From Callorhinchus milii (lineage: Eukaryota), in contig NW_024704742.1 of assembly GCF_018977255.1 (NCBI RefSeq), positions 53,074,001 through 53,138,000 of the forward strand: DNA of 64,000 bases, given 5' to 3'. This document shows positions 62,051-64,000 of the stretch, piece by piece; position 1 is the stretch's first letter; the number at the start of each line of letters is the position of its first letter. A model generated the notes under the pieces. That model was not told the DNA's origin. It did no database searches and saw only the letters and a program-made list of their open reading frames with translations. A program made the translations under genes and the position numbers.

Positions 62051-64000
62051 TCGGGCCACCACAACATTCCATTATTTAGGTAGCATTTCTGAACATCCAG
62101 AATTTGGTTTCAAAGTTAGGGCTAAATTCAACAATTTGCCAAATTCTGGACACCATAAACTATATAAATTGAGTAAATGTAAACCCAGTGGAATTTCTCC
62201 CAATCAATGTGATGATTATCAAAATAAATCTGTTATGAAAAATCACGAGTTTGACCCTTGACGTACAAATAGAAAGACAGAATATTACTAACAATCCACT
62301 CACTGCTTATTTTATAACTGTAAGATGAGTTGCTCACTGCTGCATTAGGATGACAGCACATTATTTAGCTTGTCAAAGCAATGCTCAGTCACGTATGTTA
62401 GAAAAACAAAAATGTGCCAAGCTTCAGCGTCACAATGGTACTTTATGATCAAATCTCAAATCAAAAACACCTCCTGATTGAAAGGACTTTCAAGGATTCT
62501 GAATAAATTGGACAGAATCCCGGCAGAGAAAGAAGAATCGCTTGGTGCTGACTGCTCGCCGAGCTTACTTTCCTTCCCTGAAGCAATGGTTAGCAGTGCC
62601 ACATGCTAAACCCGAGCAGCTTCTAATGGAGAATGCTTTCCCATAGGACACTGGGGGCTGTCAGTGCAGGCTTCACTACATCACCTGAATTAAAAAGCTT
62701 TTGGATCAGATGAGGGAAGTGTCTCCTACCTGCCTGATTCCACCACTGAGCTCCGCTTTGGATATGACTGGAACAGCCTGCTCTGCGCCTCTGAATACAA
62801 GCTAACACAATAGATAAACACCACCTAACTAGGTTACTCCAGCTCTCAGGAGTCCGTGACTGCTGGAGCTGCTGTGAAAAAATGGAGAGCATTTCTGATT
62901 CAATTGATGCTCATTTCTCCATAGGTCTTGTGCGTCATGGCTTTACAAGAAAGTGAACAGACATCAGGGACATCCTCGCAAACAGGTAAAGAGAGACTTT
63001 GTGACTGACTGGAATGGAATTATTTTACAGTACCTGTATTTCAACTGTGAAATTTACCTCTCCTGAAATAACGGGTTTAAGCAGATTCATTCAAAGTGGT
63101 GCTGCTTCTTTCAAATACAAAACTTGCAGTTTTTTGCTGTGATGCCAGAGTTCATTGTTAGCTGACTATTTCTGACAGCTTTCAGGGAAATGCATCTTAT
63201 TTGGTTCTAATGCTACCCTTGGTGCAAACAAATTGCAAATTGTACAGTGTCCCTGCCGGAGCCCCAACTTGCTTTTCTCCCCACAAATTTGCAATCTTCT
63301 TATTGTTTAAAATGACCCTCTCTGACTTTCATGAAAAACTGTTCAGCAAACTTGTTATTGGTGTCTAAATATTGTGGTCTAATTATTGGGGCCAAGCTCT
63401 CCGAGATGTTACCCATGTGAAGGATGCTATGTAAATGAAAGTTATTGTAATTTGCAGTGATTTGTGACAAGATTTGTTAATATAATACAATTTGCATTTA
63501 TATTATGCTTTTCATGTCGAGAGGACATCTCAAAAAGCTTGGCACTGCTGGCTGAGCACTTGAGCTGGGGGTTGGAGCTGACGAGATTGGGTAGGGGAAA
63601 GATGACCGAAAGCACAGTCATAGTCATAGGGATACAGTGTATAGTTTGAGACACGACATGTGCATGCGCCTGCCAGGATGGTGGAAGGCGAACTGATGGA
63701 CCTCGGTCTTTTTTTTCTAGCAATTCTTATGTTCAGTGCAAGCTCACAAGAAACTAATTATACCCAGGATGTATTTATGAAACAACTTGATTGCTGACTA
63801 GGAGAACGGTAGGGTAGGTATTCTGGAAGCATAAGAATAAATGGGCTAAAGGGCCTTCTTCATCTGAACCTCTCTTGAGTGTGTTGATTCTTAAATGAAA
63901 CACATAAATTGCAGGAAGGCAGATCATTTTTACACGAAATTGCTGTGCAAGCCAATTTATTAAGCTATTAATACCGATTTGGTCTACCACTATAAAGGTG

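Overview
Vertebrate genomic DNA, probably from a cartilaginous fish (inferred from the L2/CR1 LINE and tRNA-SINE landscape, not proven). The only well-supported gene is the 5' half of LONRF1 on the minus strand. Its six coding exons (6889 down to 351) have canonical GT-AG junctions in consistent phases, and the gene continues off the left edge of the window. Its CpG-island promoter carries TATA-like, Inr, CCAAT, E-box, E'-box and D-box-like motifs. Just upstream is a 29-bp minisatellite with an E-box in every unit, and intron 1 holds a D-box-like cluster and two near-complementary G-rich and C-rich repeat tracts. The remaining ~57 kb is mostly repeats: L2 and CR1 LINE fragments, a young tRNA-Ala-like SINE in two structural variants, an older Deu-type SINE, MITE-like inverted repeats and a degenerate gag-like fragment. 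It also contains an HSP70 fragment and a B30.2/PRY-SPRY pseudo-exon. Several short ATG-to-donor segments on the plus strand may be first exons of a divergently transcribed gene, but this is speculative. Repeat boundaries are approximate and all homology calls are by eye.
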